Assembly (NCBI RefSeq): GCF_001194135.2
Contig: NC_068988.1
Location: forward strand, 96,035,740 to 96,099,739
Reading direction: 5' to 3'
Length of the DNA stretch: 64,000 nt
Source of the DNA: Octopus bimaculoides
Lineage: Eukaryota
The position numbers and the translations under genes are program-made. Positions 53,001-62,500 of the stretch are shown here, piece after piece; within the stretch, counting starts at the first letter, position 1, and every line of letters starts with the position of its first letter. The notes beneath the pieces were generated by a model. The model saw only the letters and a program-made list of their open reading frames with translations. It was not told the DNA's origin and ran no database searches.

Positions 53001-55333
53001 ATGACTTTATCTTTCCTTCTCTGGTTAATTCTTTCAGATGAAATGAGTCCTTATCTTAAATCTGTCTTTCGAATAGACTTGTAACTAGCACCATATTGAA
53101 AAAGGTTTGTGATGCAGGTTGTTTTAGTTGTCCACGAAATGTATTAGGCTTTGTAGAGTGCAACTTAACCTAGAAGTTAACTGCCTTTGCCTTGTGCCAC
53201 CAAATACTAATTGAAGTAATGTTCTTTGCATCTATGAATTATTTCAAGGGGAAGATTACTCTGCCAACAATGAATTAGCCAATGGAGGGGGCCCTCTTGT
53301 GCTGTCACACACAATGCTACCATGAAAATAAGGGACACACTTGACAATGTAGATAAAGATTACAGGTGTTAGTCATAGATTTGCTCAATTGGGATAAAGA
53401 ACATGAATTACCATTAACACTTAATTAATGGAAACTAATACTTTGGATTTGCTTGTAACACATTCTTAGCAATAATATTTGCTTGTATTTTTTTTTAATG
53501 CAACTGATAAAACCTACCAGAGAACAACCGGATGAGAAAGCTTATATCTGATCACTCCATCCTTCAAATCCCACTTCACCATCTTAAAGAAGAAAAGACA
53601 TTTTGGATAATGTAGTCCTAGCATCACAGCTAGAACACCTTGTGGTCATATTTTATGTGACCAGAAACTAAACAAAGACAACAAACAAGTTTGAAATAAA
53701 AACCTTCAAAAGGTGAAGATTTCTGTTCCTCAAAATTCAGTTTTGTCCTCTTTCAAGTCCAAATCTTGAAATTGCAAAGCAGACATCTTAACCATGGTTT
53801 TACAGTTAAGATATTTGGTTTATAATTACATCGTTTTGGATTCAGTTCCATTGTGTTATCTTTAACCATAGCCTCAATTCAACAACAAAACCTTGTGAAC
53901 CGAATTTGGAATTTGGAAGGTTCATTTTTGCTATAGACTTCATCCATCGGCCAGTTTAAGATTTAGGTTTCCTTTTACTAGTTTTGGTGATCTTGAAAAA
54001 AAGATTATGGCTTCATCCCTTTCTCCTAATAAAGTCAATTATTGATTTTAACTTTAGTTTTCAAATTTATTTAAAAGCAAAAAGACAATATTTTACCAGA
54101 AACAATGTTTAATAATATAATTTGATTTTTATTAAAATATATCAAAGATTGAATATTATAAAGTCTGATTCATTGTTGTGCAATCAAAGTTCTATTTCTC
54201 TGAACTAATTGGCAGCCAAGAGGAACCAAAACAAGAGCAAAACCTAGAAATCCTTTTGTTGTTTTCTGTCTTTTATTTCTTCCTTAAACCTTATTGAATT
54301 TCTGGAAAATGTCATTTCCTTGTAAGAGAACCTCGTCCTTTGCACAGGAACTAATTGCTTCTGGTTATTTAATTTAACATTAATTATCATCGTTTAACGT
54401 CTGCTTTCCATGCTGGCATGGGTTGGACGGTTTGACTGACGAGTGGTAAGTCAAAAGACTGTACCAATCTCCAATCTGATCTGGCAAGGTTTCTACAGCT
54501 GGACGCCCTTCCTAATGCCAACCACTCCGAGAGTGTAGTGGGTGCTTTTGCGTGCCACTGGCATGGGGGCCAGTCAGGTGGCACTGGCATCGACCCACTC
54601 ACGAATGGTGCTTTTTGCGTGCCACCAGCACAGGGAGCCAGTCAGGCGGCCCTGCCATTGGAATGGATTCCTGTGTCCAGCTGATACTCCTTTTGTGAAG
54701 CTTGGAGATAAATGGAAAGGAAGGAGGCTTTCAGCTGAGAACACAAAGAAATCAAACTAAACCCCAGAAACCATTTGCTACACTTCCATTGCACCACTCA
54801 ACTGCCTTTCTGTCTGTAAGAAATCCTTTGAACCATTCTTGTGTTATTGATTCCTCATTAGTTACTGATAGGAGTGTTTATCCCAGCTGATGTAGTTTCG
54901 CATCCTATATTGTGTCAGGTGATTTCCTTATCATTATGATTTGTTATATTTTCTAAAAATTTTATGGCTTTTTTTTTTTTTTCATTCTGTTCCAAGTTTT
55001 GTAAATTTGGGTATTTGTAAGAATTGTTAAAAAAATTGTATTACTGTTGGCCTCTCTTCATAACATAAATAAACTCACTGATTGTAACTTTTTAAGAAAA
55101 TAAAATTAATTTTAATTATGATAGATTACTCAATTTTTCAACTTTATTTGCTTGAGTTAATGTATCATTGAGATTTTCTTTTTCTTTTTCTTTTTTTCTT
55201 CTTCAATATTGCAGCTTGTTCAATGTCAGAATTTACAAGAACAAATGAAGACCTATTTCAAACTGTTGATGGAGTAAACACAGCTATGACCAATTTAATG
55301 AACCGTGTTGCACCACCTCAGGCAGCAATATAA
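14183..55333 (+). CDS. Divergent dystrophin-superfamily gene (dystrophin-like paralogue; WW-EF-ZZ-coiled coil), 16 coding exons, 5' end possibly incomplete
   Basis: Join 14183-14243, 26546-26607, 34728-34802, 37499-37703, 39580-39665, 40768-40847, 41107-41184, 43315-43426, 44978-45032, 45338-45449, 46083-46222, 46692-46887, 47200-47291, 47733-47910, 49309-49876, 55215-55333. This gives 2219 nt in one frame ending in TAA. Motifs [45 protein letters not shown] and [19 protein letters not shown] are dystrophin-type. Exon sizes 61, 62, 75, 205, 86, 80+78, 112+55, 112, 140 match human DMD exons 62-70 (61, 62, 75, 202, 86, 158, 167, 112, 137, from memory). Symbol left blank because orthology (dystrophin vs dystrotelin/DAH-like paralogue) is unresolved. 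Confidence 0.93.
14361..14746. mobile_element. Palindromic head-to-head tRNA-SINE/hammerhead element, copy 1 (left arm internally deleted, right arm nearly complete)
   Basis: Inverted arms around atatgccc-ac-gggcatat (about 14496-14513); right arm has A box tggcatagtgg, B box aagttcaattcc, (AAT)n and a hammerhead motif. Confidence 0.85.
14648..14695 (+). ncRNA. Minimal type I hammerhead ribozyme motif (best-preserved copy)
   Basis: gacac-CTGATGA-a-ggttg(10-nt loop)cagcc-GAAA-cat-t-gtgtg: intact core boxes, stem II and stem I (acac/gtgt). Family consensus has the palindromic ACGT stem III; here it is ACAT. Confidence 0.7.
16303..16521. mobile_element. piggyBac-type MITE family 2, copy a (degenerate)
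   Basis: Ends aattctaaaggg-TTAA; internal sequence is the reverse complement of the copy at 24199. Confidence 0.65.
17735..17896 (+). mobile_element. SINE family B
   Basis: gttggcattaggaagggcatccagc...catgccagcatgga. Confidence 0.75.
20213..21285 (-). mobile_element. Cluster of three SINE family D copies (about 20213-20448, 20856-21055, 21060-21285) around palindromic element copy 2
   Basis: Each has an (AAT)n tail, gaccccagtat..aactggtactt and ggaatttgaact segments. Confidence 0.7.
20481..20860. mobile_element. Palindromic tRNA-SINE/hammerhead element, copy 2 (centre and part of right arm deleted)
   Basis: Same terminal sequence tacagttctatatttaagagatgagg; arms are reverse complements; aataatagttct repeated on both flanks (20470-20481 and 20856-20867). 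Confidence 0.85.
21319..21465. repeat. (CT)n microsatellite with internal 10-N gap
   Basis: Direct reading. Confidence 0.9.
23397..23471. repeat. Compound (CA)n(CT)n microsatellite
   Basis: Direct reading. Confidence 0.9.
24199..24418. mobile_element. piggyBac-type MITE family 2, copy b
   Basis: TTAA-cccttcagcatt ... aatgtgaaaggg-TTAT; 220 bp. Confidence 0.7.
25525..25918 (-). mobile_element. SINE family A, old degenerate copy
   Basis: Recognisable head (accacacagcc), (CA)n core and tail. Confidence 0.6.
26546..26607 (+). CDS. Dystrophin-like exon B: second half of WW domain ([21 protein letters not shown])
   Basis: ttaactttcag acceptor, |gtaagt donor; 62 nt as in DMD exon 63; WDHP motif. 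Confidence 0.92.
27241..27632 (-). mobile_element. tRNA-derived SINE family A (best-preserved copy)
   Basis: Reverse complement of the 4305 copy. Confidence 0.88.
28288..28571. mobile_element. Palindromic tRNA-SINE/hammerhead element, copy 3 (collapsed to outer arms, interrupted by an RTE-tail SINE fragment)
   Basis: ggctgatataccttccag|gctagagggtatatcagcc junction; outer arms match copies 1, 2 and 4. Confidence 0.8.
28390..28486 (-). mobile_element. SINE family B tail nested inside palindromic element copy 3
   Basis: Splits aaacattgt|gttaacaac of the host element. Confidence 0.75.
30236..30430 (-). mobile_element. SINE family D
   Basis: attcttttctactctaggcacaaggcc...gacgaaataccactaagcatttc. 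Confidence 0.78.
30723..31229. mobile_element. Palindromic tRNA-SINE/hammerhead element, copy 4 (most complete)
   Basis: Left arm 30723-30986 is the reverse complement of right arm 30989-31229; A box 30996-31006, B box 31039-31050; both hammerhead cores mutated. Confidence 0.88.
31968..32332 (-). mobile_element. tRNA-derived SINE family E
   Basis: Minus-strand head ggaggcacaatggcccagtggttagggc..tttcgattccc; matches the 41294 copy. Confidence 0.85.
34728..34802 (+). CDS. Dystrophin-like exon C ([25 protein letters not shown])
   Basis: Long pyrimidine tract plus cag; |gtaagt donor; 75 nt as in DMD exon 64; YRTAMKLR motif. Confidence 0.95.
37499..37703 (+). CDS. Dystrophin-like exon D, EF-hand region ([13 protein letters not shown]...NFILNLYDR)
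   Basis: ORF 37498-37707; tctctaag acceptor, CAG|gtaagt donor; 205 nt; LDL...LNLYD matches dystrophin EF-hand region. Confidence 0.93.
39008..39165 (-). mobile_element. SINE family A head fragment
   Basis: tgcccaaagtgccacactgtgggactgaacccagg. Confidence 0.6.
39580..39665 (+). CDS. Dystrophin-like exon E ([29 protein letters not shown])
   Basis: tctttttag acceptor, |gtacgt donor; 86 nt as in DMD exon 66. Confidence 0.93.
39875..40224 (-). mobile_element. tRNA-derived SINE family A
   Basis: Collinear with the 27241 copy. Confidence 0.85.
40768..40847 (+). CDS. Dystrophin-like exon F ([27 protein letters not shown])
   Basis: cttttatctttcag acceptor, CGG|gtgagt donor; frame continuous with flanking exons. 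Confidence 0.88.
41107..41184 (+). CDS. Dystrophin-like exon G ([26 protein letters not shown])
   Basis: tcttatag acceptor, |gtaaag donor; aligns to [26 protein letters not shown]; 80+78 = 158 nt as in DMD exon 67. Confidence 0.9.
41294..41662 (-). mobile_element. tRNA-derived SINE family E
   Basis: Collinear with the 31968 copy. Confidence 0.85.
42338..42540 (+). mobile_element. tRNA-derived SINE head (further family); possible body fragment at about 36335-36450 (-)
   Basis: A box tagctcagtggtt, degenerate B box gagtttgattc, ttgagcaagacacttt conserved domain. Confidence 0.65.
43315..43426 (+). CDS. Dystrophin-like exon H ([37 protein letters not shown])
   Basis: ttattcag acceptor, G|gtaaga donor; EPQ.LVWLP.LHR motif; ORF 43276-43458. 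Confidence 0.94.
43569..44755 (+). mobile_element. 5'-truncated CR1/L2-clade LINE, reverse transcriptase C-terminal half (one stop in the first frame, later frameshifts and stops)
   Basis: SGVPQG...[48 protein letters not shown] and [20 protein letters not shown] motifs; ORFs 43731-44279 and 44350-44709; ends before a (TATATG)n tract. Confidence 0.9.
44978..45032 (+). CDS. Dystrophin-like exon I: ZZ start ([19 protein letters not shown])
   Basis: atttcag acceptor, CG|gtaagt donor; CxxC; 112+55 = 167 nt as in DMD exon 68. Confidence 0.94.
45338..45449 (+). CDS. Dystrophin-like exon J: ZZ finger ([37 protein letters not shown])
   Basis: attgcag acceptor, |gtgagt donor; 112 nt; complete CxxC-CxxC-HxxxH set. 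Confidence 0.95.
46083..46222 (+). CDS. Dystrophin-like exon K ([46 protein letters not shown])
   Basis: ttccttttacag acceptor, |gtaagt donor; YLPV motif; 140 nt. Confidence 0.92.
46692..46887 (+). CDS. Dystrophin-like exon L ([15 protein letters not shown]...ARLCEMEHP...VHNK)
   Basis: cattacag acceptor, AAG|gtaaga donor; in frame with ORF 46720; ARLCEME resembles dystrophin SRLAEME. Confidence 0.8.
47200..47291 (+). CDS. Dystrophin-like exon M: coiled coil 1 ([31 protein letters not shown])
   Basis: tttttatag acceptor, CG|gtaaat donor; matches ELERILADLEEENR. Confidence 0.9.
47733..47910 (+). CDS. Dystrophin-like exon N: coiled coils 1-2 ([10 protein letters not shown]...[19 protein letters not shown])
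   Basis: gtcctttcag acceptor, AAG|gtaaaa donor; matches LEDHNKQLESQLHRLRQLL; ORF 47671-47952. Confidence 0.92.
47939..48373 (-). mobile_element. Tc1/mariner internal-deletion derivative with TIRs and TA target duplication
   Basis: TA-CAGGGGTTGGATGAAATAATGGAAAC ... GTTTCCATTATTTTGTTCAACCCCTG-TA; minus strand 48209-47991 encodes [15 protein letters not shown]...[18 protein letters not shown], a Tc1 transposase C-terminus. Confidence 0.92.
49309..49876 (+). CDS. Dystrophin-like exon O: NG[FY]-repeat region plus [15 protein letters not shown] helix
   Basis: ttccttgtag acceptor, G|gtaagt donor; 568 nt open frame (ORF 49342-49923), phase 0 to 1. Confidence 0.88.
50447..50720. repeat. Interspersed repeat family F (unclassified), copy 2
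   Basis: See copy 1. Confidence 0.75.
51372..51640 (-). mobile_element. SINE family B
   Basis: Collinear with the 54386 copy. Confidence 0.8.
52310..52830 (+). mobile_element. Degraded RTE-clade LINE reverse transcriptase fragment
   Basis: RSTADMFF...EKCREQ (52327-52389) and [26 protein letters not shown] resemble RTE RT motifs RSTxDMIF..LQEKCREQ and GSxxS....DDEV..RI.KAS.AFG; several stops. Confidence 0.6.
54386..54655 (-). mobile_element. SINE family B
   Basis: Well-preserved copy with internal repeat units. Confidence 0.82.
55215..55333 (+). CDS. Dystrophin-like last coding exon ([39 protein letters not shown])
   Basis: Long T-rich tract plus gcag acceptor, phase 1; DLF..D.V..AM..L resembles the dystrobrevin/Dp71f terminal motif; TAA at 55331-55333. 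Confidence 0.85.
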
Positions 55334-55489
55334 AAACTTCCATTGTTGGATGCAGATGAAGCAGAGGAAATCACTGAAGCTGTTGGAATTTTTTTTAATA
55401 CTTTGTTTTCTAAATGGGTTTGTTTATGATTGAATTAGTTCCAATTATTCTGTGTTGTCTGCTATGTTCTCATTATTGTAAAGAAGGTG

Positions 55490-55660
55490 GCAAAATCGTT
55501 TGCACATCAGACAAAATTCTTAGTGGCGTTTTAAATCCCACTGAGGTCAACTCTGCTTGTCATCCCTTCAGATTCTATGAAAAAAAAGTACCAGTTAAGT
55601 ATTGGGGTTGGTGTACTTGACTTGCCCCTCCCCTCAAAAATTGCTAGCCTTGTGCCAGTT
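55490..55660 (+). mobile_element. SINE family D, degenerate, downstream of the stop codon (probable 3'UTR)
   Basis: gaggtcaactctgc..catcccttc..aagtaccagtt. Confidence 0.55.
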
Positions 55661-57614
55661 GATAAGTGCATCTTATAATTATTGTACATTCAAGTTTTTA
55701 TTAAACACCAATTGTACACTCAAAAGAAAAAGATTATTTAACAAACAGCCCTGAAACCCTTAATTTTAACATAGTAAGTCACCTTAATTCAGGTAAATCA
55801 GTGGATAATAGCTGTTCACATGTATTTAAAAACAAATTGTAGCCTGAAAGTTTCATTTCAACACAAAATCTCTCTTTTCCAATCTAAGGTTGATTGTTCA
55901 GTGAATTATATTCATAAAATGGTTTTTTTGTTATTGTTTTTTATCTGGTTAGACAATCAACCAATAAATTTAGATTATTTGTTGTCGATGTGGTCACATG
56001 ACTAGTTAATGCCCTTCCTTTGGCATCTCTGTGAAAGAGATTTAAGTGTTTCCATTGTCAGCTTTCAGTAAGAGAGAATGTGCATCGAAGAAGTCTGTCT
56101 TTTAGACACATCTCAGATACATAAACATTTTGTAAATTCACATCAAAATCTCAACAATTTCAATTATAAACATTTCATTACAGTATTGTTTTATTTCTTT
56201 TGTATCTTTCAGACACATTTTAAGAACCATTTTGTACATAATTTTCTGAAAGGAATCTTTTCGCATATGTTTGGATTAACAGGTCATTCATTTATATGTG
56301 CATCAGCAGATTAGATATTGGTAGATTAGAGATGGTCCAAGTCAATGGATTACCAAATAATTGGGAGGCTGACAGTTTATATTCTTTCAGGATTAAGAGA
56401 GAGATTTAACTCTCAGACAGCAAAGTCCACCTGACTGTGAATAGGTATCACAATTAATAACAGGTTGTAAAGAGCTCTGTCAAATTAACAAGTGCTTCTT
56501 TTTAGCTAAAACAGTATTGAGATAAATCCTGCTGTGAGTCCAGCCAAACAAGGAATGACTTCCACAAAGGTGGCTTACTTTTGGGCTGTCTTCATAACTA
56601 AATAGGTTATAGGACTTTTGTAGACTAATGTCAAGTCAAGGCTGGTCAAATTAATGTCTCAGTAGAGATAGTAGTTAGAAGTTTAAGAATTTGTGACAAG
56701 TACAGGTGGCCTACACCATCTATAAACAATTACAAGGAACTTCAGTTCCTACTATAAACAAAATGAGGGAGCACTGTATATTTCATGAGTGTTTCACTTG
56801 CTTTCAATTGTTAGTTCTTATCTCCTCTTTGTTTATAACTTAGAAAGGTCTAAGTTCTGTAAAACTAACGGCCCTTTAAATACAGGATGATGGCCTCTTC
56901 ACTGGCATCCAATAAGACTTGACCACAAGATCTATAATCAATATCTACATTTTCTGATGTGATGTTTGTGCTGTCAGACAAACAAATCAAACCCTTTTGT
57001 TGGCCCTTTTTCTTTTTCTATTTTCAGAATCCACTGGGTTTGTTTTCGTCAAGTAGTCTGGTTAGGTTTTTAAAGTTCCAAATTTATATTTGCAAAGTTA
57101 TCAATCAAAATGCCTTTTGTATTCAAATATCATTCCAGTCTATTTGTTTCCATATGAGGCCCAATAAACCAGGCTACAACCATTTGTTCTTATTTGTGGC
57201 TGGAAGACAAAAAGTTATTTTGAGATTCACTTTAAAAGTGAATAAAGGAAAATTTCCTTATTATAATTTGTATTGTTGTTTTGACTCCAGTCAACTCTGA
57301 TTCAACAGGACTCTCATGAAAGCTATTCCAGTTATATCCATCTCATCCTTCTCTCAGGTTTTGCACATCTACATTATCTCTGTCCTTTTCTTTTTCAAGA
57401 TTTTAGCATGTATTTGGTGAGAAAGTTGGCTATTTTATTTAGCAGGTTGAGTGACTATGAAATGGCTGTTAGGTTGACTTGATTTCATTAGACAGAGTCT
57501 AACAAAGAAACATGATGGTTTTTAAATAAATACAATGTTCTCGAATATAGAAAGTTAACAACACGTATTGTCTAAATGTACAGAACTTGTTTGTCCATTT
57601 TAAGACAGAACTTT

Positions 57615-57860
57615 ATTTCGTTTTGAAAATGTCATTCAAATGCTTTCCTTTGTTTCGCACACATGCTTGTGGCCTAAGCCAGAGCTTCTGCATTTTGCAT
57701 CAAGCCATGTTCTGAGTTATTGCTTTGGAAATAGCAGCTTTCAGTTCATCAGGTGTGAACAGTTTATTGATGGACATCGTCTTCTAGAAATAGCTGCAAA
57801 TGAAATAATCGCAAACCAAAAGATTAGGCAGTTAAGCCAGCCATGGCCCCTCATTGCACT
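57615..57860 (-). mobile_element. Degraded Tc1/mariner-superfamily transposase C-terminal fragment
   Basis: Minus strand DELKAAISKAITQNMA*...RPQACVRNKGKHLNDIF and upstream LNCLIFWF resemble the DELKAAI...RLQACV.xxGxHL and DLNPLDFW motifs. Confidence 0.5.
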
Positions 57861-58805
57861 GACAACATTCCTGTAATAATGTACATGGAAGCTGTGTGGG
57901 TGGTCACTTTGTTTTTGTTGACTCACCCCTCTCTCAGTATGTTGTGTTACTCTGCATGTTCTCTTCTTTAAAAAAAAAACATGGAATTACCACATGAAAG
58001 TTTACTATGCAACACCACACACTTCATATTAACAGTCAAGCAATTCTCACAAAGTTGTGGATTGTTGTTTGACTCGGCAGAAGTTTTGCCTTTTTCTATA
58101 ACCAGACATTGAAATGTACTTTGTCAACGCTTGCCATCTACTGCCCACTTTGCAGACATGTCTCCCACAAACTTTTTCTGGTTTTCCCAATCTTACCATT
58201 TTATTTCTTGCAACAAACATATTCTTATAAGGACAAACATTTTAATGAATGTGCAATAAATTTCACACAACATTCTGAAAGACTTAACAGTGCCATGCTT
58301 TGCTGCAGAACTATTACGGCCCATTTAATGGCCTTGCTATTCCTCATGGTCAGGCAATAAGGGTTTCCTTTACAATGCTGACATGGTCAACCTAAACTTT
58401 TCTCCTCATAATGATATCAAATTTCAACTGACCGTTTTTCCATGAGATCCTACATCAAAAACACAAACAGAATTTTCGTTGTGTTTAAGTAACCACTTAA
58501 AAAAAAAAAAAACCCCCACCTTCATCACAAAATCACAATGGTGCACATTCCACTGCATCACAGCAACTGAAATATCATCCTGCCTGTGTGTTGCTCAGCA
58601 TCCTCAAGTATGTGACCCCGTCCTCTTAAAAACCTTCATCTTTCTCTGCCAGACTCTATAAATGTGTCTTAAGGTTAATCTATTGACAAATATTCTAAAT
58701 GGTTAAATGTATCCAAGTTGTTACCACTGATTTACAAACTCCAAAGCAAGCAGGGTTTAGTTTCAATCCTCGTGATTACAATAAATAGTCCAGGGGTGTT
58801 TGAAA

Positions 58806-59000
58806 TTGTTATTTAGCCCTTGGTCAGCAATGGTTAAATAAGCCTATGATCAAAGGTGTTTCAGCTATGACCATCCTGTCTTTTGTGCAAATAGTATATC
58901 CAGGACTACATTATTGTCTAACGTGTACTATTTTTAATGACAGTAAGTAGTGATTCGAGAGAGGCCTGGCTGCTATTTCTAGCCGGCCAAGCAACCCAGG
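58806..59000 (-). repeat. Interspersed repeat family J (tail ..gacctggggctaaacaacaa); fragments also near 4245-4300, 4980-5070, 33690-33850, 53510-53690
   Basis: Shared ctgctagaaatagcagcc / ggataatgtagtcc / ctaaacaac segments. Confidence 0.55.
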
Positions 59001-59367
59001 TGGGGGATCTTGTTAAAAATGGTTGTGAATGTCAAATGTGTTGCTGTTGTTTTTTTTTTCCTCCCCCTTTTATGATCATTTGTAAAACATCATTTCGTTG
59101 AACTGGTTTGCTCTTAAATGTGAATGCTTTTATTTTATTCAATTTGTGAAATAAGTGGGGGTCTCATACATTTGTTTGATATTATTGTGTAACGTTGTGT
59201 GGTGTCCAGACAATTGTCACAGTCCACTGGATTCTGCACTAATTAAAAACATTAGCCAGCAGGAAGATCTTCAACTTGCAACATCCATCACAGTGCCACT
59301 CTAAACAATATAGAATGGACAATTTCATTTCTGTCAATCCTCTTTCTAACAGAAACCATTAAACTCG

Positions 59368-59590
59368 CGAGGCAGCAAGCGGGCAGAAGCGTTAGCACTC
59401 CAGGCGAAATGCTTAGTGGTATTTCATCTGTCTTTATGTTCTGAGTTCAAATTCCGCCGAGGTCGACTTTGCTTTTCATCCTTTCGGGGTCAATTAAATA
59501 ACTATCAGTTACGCACTGGGGTCGATGTAATTGACTTGATCCCCTTGTTTGTCCCCTCTAACCCCTTGTGGGCAATAAAGAAATAAGAAA
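59368..59590 (+). mobile_element. tRNA-derived SINE family D
   Basis: ggcagcaagcgggcagaagcgttagca...ctgagttcaaattccgccgaggtcgactttgc. Confidence 0.8.
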
Positions 59591-62500
59591 CCATTAAACT
59601 TGAATCATTGAAGAGACCATAACTACATTTTCAATTCTTATCTGTGAAGGTTCAAACCTTTCACATCCAAATATCTCATTGACTTAACACCCAGTAAGTC
59701 TATGATGCTCCCACTTATTTCCACCACAAATAACTGCGATTGCTGCTTTTTATGTCGTGTTTAACCTGTTAATCATTGTTTTTCTCACTTTAATTGAGCT
59801 CCCTAATTAACAACTGTTAATCAATGACAAACTTTACCTTCTATATTACCAGTTACTTCAGAAAATACCAAATTTCACAGTTCTGGTGAGAGAACTAAAA
59901 ATGGCACTTCATATCTCCATTATAATTCTTGTTTCTTGCTTAATTAAGAAAGATCTAATTTGTTGCTCGTTAACTCTTGCCATAAGTTTTAACATTGCTG
60001 ATATCTCACCTGAGTTTTATATTTTATCTGATATTTCAACAGCAGACATGGTTTACCATATCCAAACTTTGCAGTTTATTGAAATGTGGGGCCAATTCAG
60101 AAAGTATTGATACATTTTTGTAACTTTTCATTCCTTGAGACTAACCTAAATCACTAAAACTCGTTAACTTTATCTCCTGAGCAATTTCCTCATCAATCCA
60201 AGACTGGAGAATCGTTCTGACTATTTTTCTGCAAAAGAAAAAGAAATATTGTTTGCTCTGAAATTTAATTTTTATATCTTTATTTATTGTTTCTTCTGTT
60301 ATATTAATTTATTCACTAATGACTTGGAAAAATTAACATAATTTTCTTTTATGTAGATTTAGAAATTACTTTAGAATTAAGTCATTCTCTCTCTCACTGT
60401 TTTCCTTTGTCAGCCAAGTACTGTCTTAGAATTTGCCATTGTTCACACGGTGCCTATATACGTCGATAGAAATTTATTGGCCTTCATTTTACACACAGTC
60501 AATAGCTGTTGATAAACATTAAAATTTGACTTTGTCATGCAATTTCTGTAAACCAGAAAATAGTTTTATTTTTGTCTGACTTCAGAACGAAGACTGATTG
60601 ATGAGAGGAAATCACTATCTAACGAAGGGACCAATTCTCATTTAATATCTTACATCATTGTGCCTTTCTCTCTCTCTCTCTTTTTTTTAAATATTACCAT
60701 GACATGAAAAGGTCCAAATTTCGTTTCTCTTTGCAACGGAACCAACTGGATTTATTGCTGCTTTTTATTAACCAAGAATGAGTTTGTATCAATTTATATG
60801 TTTTGCCCTCATTATTTCTTTTTAAAGTAATAACAACACTATTTGGCTTTTGCCATTACAACTAACCAAGAGGCCAGCAATTCACATGTTACATAGAGAT
60901 GTAAATAGGTATAACAGGATACAAGCAACTCGGCACCGTAGGTAGGAGCACTGTCTAATGGACAAGTGTTTCAATAGCTTTTTGGCTAAGTTCAACTCTA
61001 ACCACACATGTCCATTGTACCAGAAGTTGTGACCTTCTCAACTCTGAAAAGTTGACTTAATTTACAACTAAACAATTATTGAATGTGTTTTACATCTTTT
61101 TAACCATAGATCTCTCCTAGAATTATTATAAATCAGTTTTGTATTCTTTATTATCATTAATCTGTCATACTCTGATTAAGAAAAATAAGTTTTCACTGAA
61201 ATAATTTCTAAAAGAACAAGATTAACATTTTATCGTCATAATAATAATTAATGTTCTTCTGATTAACAAAACAATGAATCCCTATTTCTTGAGGTTAATG
61301 AAGTCAGTGTTGTCCCTCCTCCTTAAATTAGTTCCCTGTATCCATTCCTACAACACCCAAGCCGAATGTCCCTCTACAGCTCCCTTATTTCACTGAATGC
61401 CCCACCCCTCTCCTATATAATTCTCTGTATCCATTCATAATTAAGACACCCCAAGTCAGCCTACACTTTGCAGTGGATTTCCCCAAGTGAGGGGACCAGG
61501 ATTGTTTCTAAGTCAATTTAGAAACCAAACTATTGCCATTGCGTTTAGCTTTCTGAAAGGTGAAATTTTCTAAAGTTTAACATTTGTTTTTTTTCTTTTT
61601 TATTAACCATTTTTAAAATTTTTATTTTAAATACTAATATTCTCTTTTATAGTAAAAATTAATCAGGTATTTCAGATAACTGTAGATTAAAAATAGCAAT
61701 AGCAATGGCATTGGAATAAAAGTGTAAAATGTTAGGAAAACCGTCCAGAATCTCTGCACCAACATTAGTGACTTCCACTCAAGAGGAAGTTTCTTTTAGT
61801 GGTAGACAAAAATCTTCATTGTTGGGATAGAGTTGTTAGTTCAAATAGCACTCCCATCAGATTGATAAACATAAGCAGCATTATATGGGGGGAGTCAAAG
61901 CAGAAGTAAGGTATTGAGTACACTCTGTCCTCAGTCATTGTGTGTAATATATATGTTAGCTCAAGTTCAGTGGTCTGTCTTTACAGCTGATTGGATGCTA
62001 TTCTACAGACAAAAACTTTCCCAAACCCCATTGACAACAGGTTTTGGAATTTAGATTTAGAGATTGGCTAAATTGATTTGTTTTAAAAGAATTGAATTTA
62101 GAATTGTGGCAGGAATTACATGAAGGAGATGATATAGAGACAAAAATGAAGAGAATTTAGTTTTCTTTGTCATTAACTTGAAACACAAACAGTAATTATA
62201 GAATTTATGGGGGGGGGGGGCATGGTTAAATTCTGAATATAATACAGAAGTTATTGGATGGAGAGGAGGAAGTATGTGGATTTTTCATTTTGATAGAAGT
62301 GACTTTAGTTGAGAATACACAAAGATTATGGGTTACCACCATTGGTTGGATTTCAGATCCAACCAATGCTACTGGGATGCGTTCTGTTACTTGTACAGAT
62401 GCAGGAGCATCAGCTCTGGCTATTTGGCCGTGTTGCTCATCACAGGGGATCTGGTTTGTGAGGGAACTGCAAACGGGTCACCCGGGTGGACCCAGGAATA

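Noticed and set aside
55334-57170. Polyadenylation site of the gene
   Set aside because: Several candidates (ATTAAA 55700, AATAAA 55963, AATAAA 57163) cannot be ranked without transcript data.
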